Source: Octopus bimaculoides
Lineage: Eukaryota
NCBI RefSeq assembly: GCF_001194135.2
Contig: NC_068985.1
Coordinates: forward strand, 86,814,056 to 86,849,994
Direction: 5' to 3'
DNA length: 35,939 bases
The notes under the pieces are model-generated. The model was not told the origin of the DNA. It saw nothing but the letters and a program-made list of their open reading frames with translations, and did no database searches. The first letter of the stretch is position 1. Each line of letters begins with the position of its first letter. Positions 34,593-35,939 of this stretch are shown one piece after another. The position numbers and the translations under genes are program-made.

Positions 34593-35939
34593 NNNNNNNN
34601 NNNNNNNNNNNNNNNNNNNNNNNNNNNNNNNNNNNNNNNNNNNNNNNNNNNNNNNNNNNNNNNNNNNNNNNNNNNNNNNNNNNNNNNNNNNNNNNNNNNN
34701 NNNNNNNNNNNNNNNNNNNNNNNNNNNNNNNNNNNNNNNNNNNNNNNNNNNNNNNNNNNNNNNNNNNNNNNNNNNNNNNNNNNNNNNNNNNNNNNNNNNN
34801 NNNNNNNNNNNNNNNNNNNNNNNNNNNNNNNNNNNNNNNNNNNNNNNNNNNNNNNNNNNNNNNNNNNNNNNNNNNNNNNNNNNNNNNNNNNNNNNNNNNN
34901 NNNNNNNNNNNNNNNNNNNNNNNTTTTGAATTTATTTGTCATATATATATATATGTATATCTATGTCAACATATATATAATCGCGAAATCGGTCAATACA
35001 CAATTAAGTTCATTTAATTTAAAAGAAAGTTGGTCATCTTCTGTTGGTTGTTTTTTCCTTGCATTGGGTACTAAATGTGGTTATTTTGAGAAGTCCACTG
35101 TGTGGCGTTATTATTTTTCTGTAATAATGCCCTTTATATAAATATAAACGAATAATTATATTCTCGGGAATAGAAATTTCCCTTATGAATTTTTTTACAC
35201 ACTGGCTTCTTGATAAAATTCTTGTAAAAGAGTTTTATCCTTTTTTGAATTTATTTGTCATATATATATATATGGATAAATCAACTGAGCACTTAGTATA
35301 TGACAATATGGTTTTGTAAATTGGGTTAAACAGGAGTCTAGAAAGCTCTGAAAATCCCTTTCATATTAGATACCAGCAGCATATTATGAATACGAGATGA
35401 GAATGTAAATGGTGTAGAAATTCTGAGATATATGTAGCGGTAATTATTCAAATTATGCTAAATTAAACCATTTTCATCCACTGGATACCTTGAAGGGGAA
35501 GTCAGGGACATGAATTATTCATAGAATTACGTTGGTAAAAACTCTACATCTGTCAAACAAGATGCATCATATTGGGTATTTACATAGTGTTATGGCAGCT
35601 TGGTGTAGAATAACTCACTGAGTGTATATAAATAATGTGTATTGCAGTTAAACAGCGCATAGTTGAATGTAAGGCAGACAGCAAGACTCCTAAATATGAA
35701 TTGCACAGAAAAGAGTTTGGATGTGTAGGTATTCATCAGTCGTCTTTACAACTACAATGAATAGAAACCGCAACAGCAACAAGAATATTATGTTCTTTCA
35801 GTCTTTTTATAATTTGCATAGCTTCTTAATATCTTTCACACACACACATTCACTTAAACATACGCATGTGTGTTTGTATAAATATATTTAAATGTATATA
35901 AGAGTATATGTACATATATATATAAATATATATATATAT

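Noticed and set aside
949-35939. Many ORFs in the supplied track with poly-YI, poly-HT/CV, poly-H, poly-D, poly-S, poly-M, or spanning N-runs
   Set aside because: They are translations of (TA)n, (CA)n, (CAT)n and (GA)n microsatellites or of gaps, with no coding signal.

Overview
Repeat-rich, AT-rich, gapped eukaryotic scaffold. The SINE families and microsatellite load look like an octopus (coleoid cephalopod) genome; this is inferred from repeat content. No intact protein-coding gene, RNA gene or CRISPR array is supported, and most ORFs in the supplied track are microsatellite artefacts. The main result comes from manual translation through stop codons. Nearly the whole window (~0.6-32.2 kb, minus strand) holds about 18 exon remnants of a decayed, intron-containing dynein heavy chain-like gene, possibly DNHD1-like. 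They lie in the expected order: linker (DHC_N2), AAA1, AAA2, AAA3, AAA4, stalk/MTBD, start of AAA5. They carry many in-frame stops, frameshifts, an exonic microsatellite and no recognisable P-loops, consistent with a unitary pseudogene. The introns contain several SINE families, RTE, R4/Dong and RLE-type LINE fragments, Penelope-like fragments with degenerate hammerhead-ribozyme-like motifs, a pogo/Tigger-like MITE, a probable solo LTR and two fold-back inverted repeats. All protein similarities were judged by eye against remembered family consensus motifs, with no database search, and exon boundaries are approximate unless splice sites are quoted.
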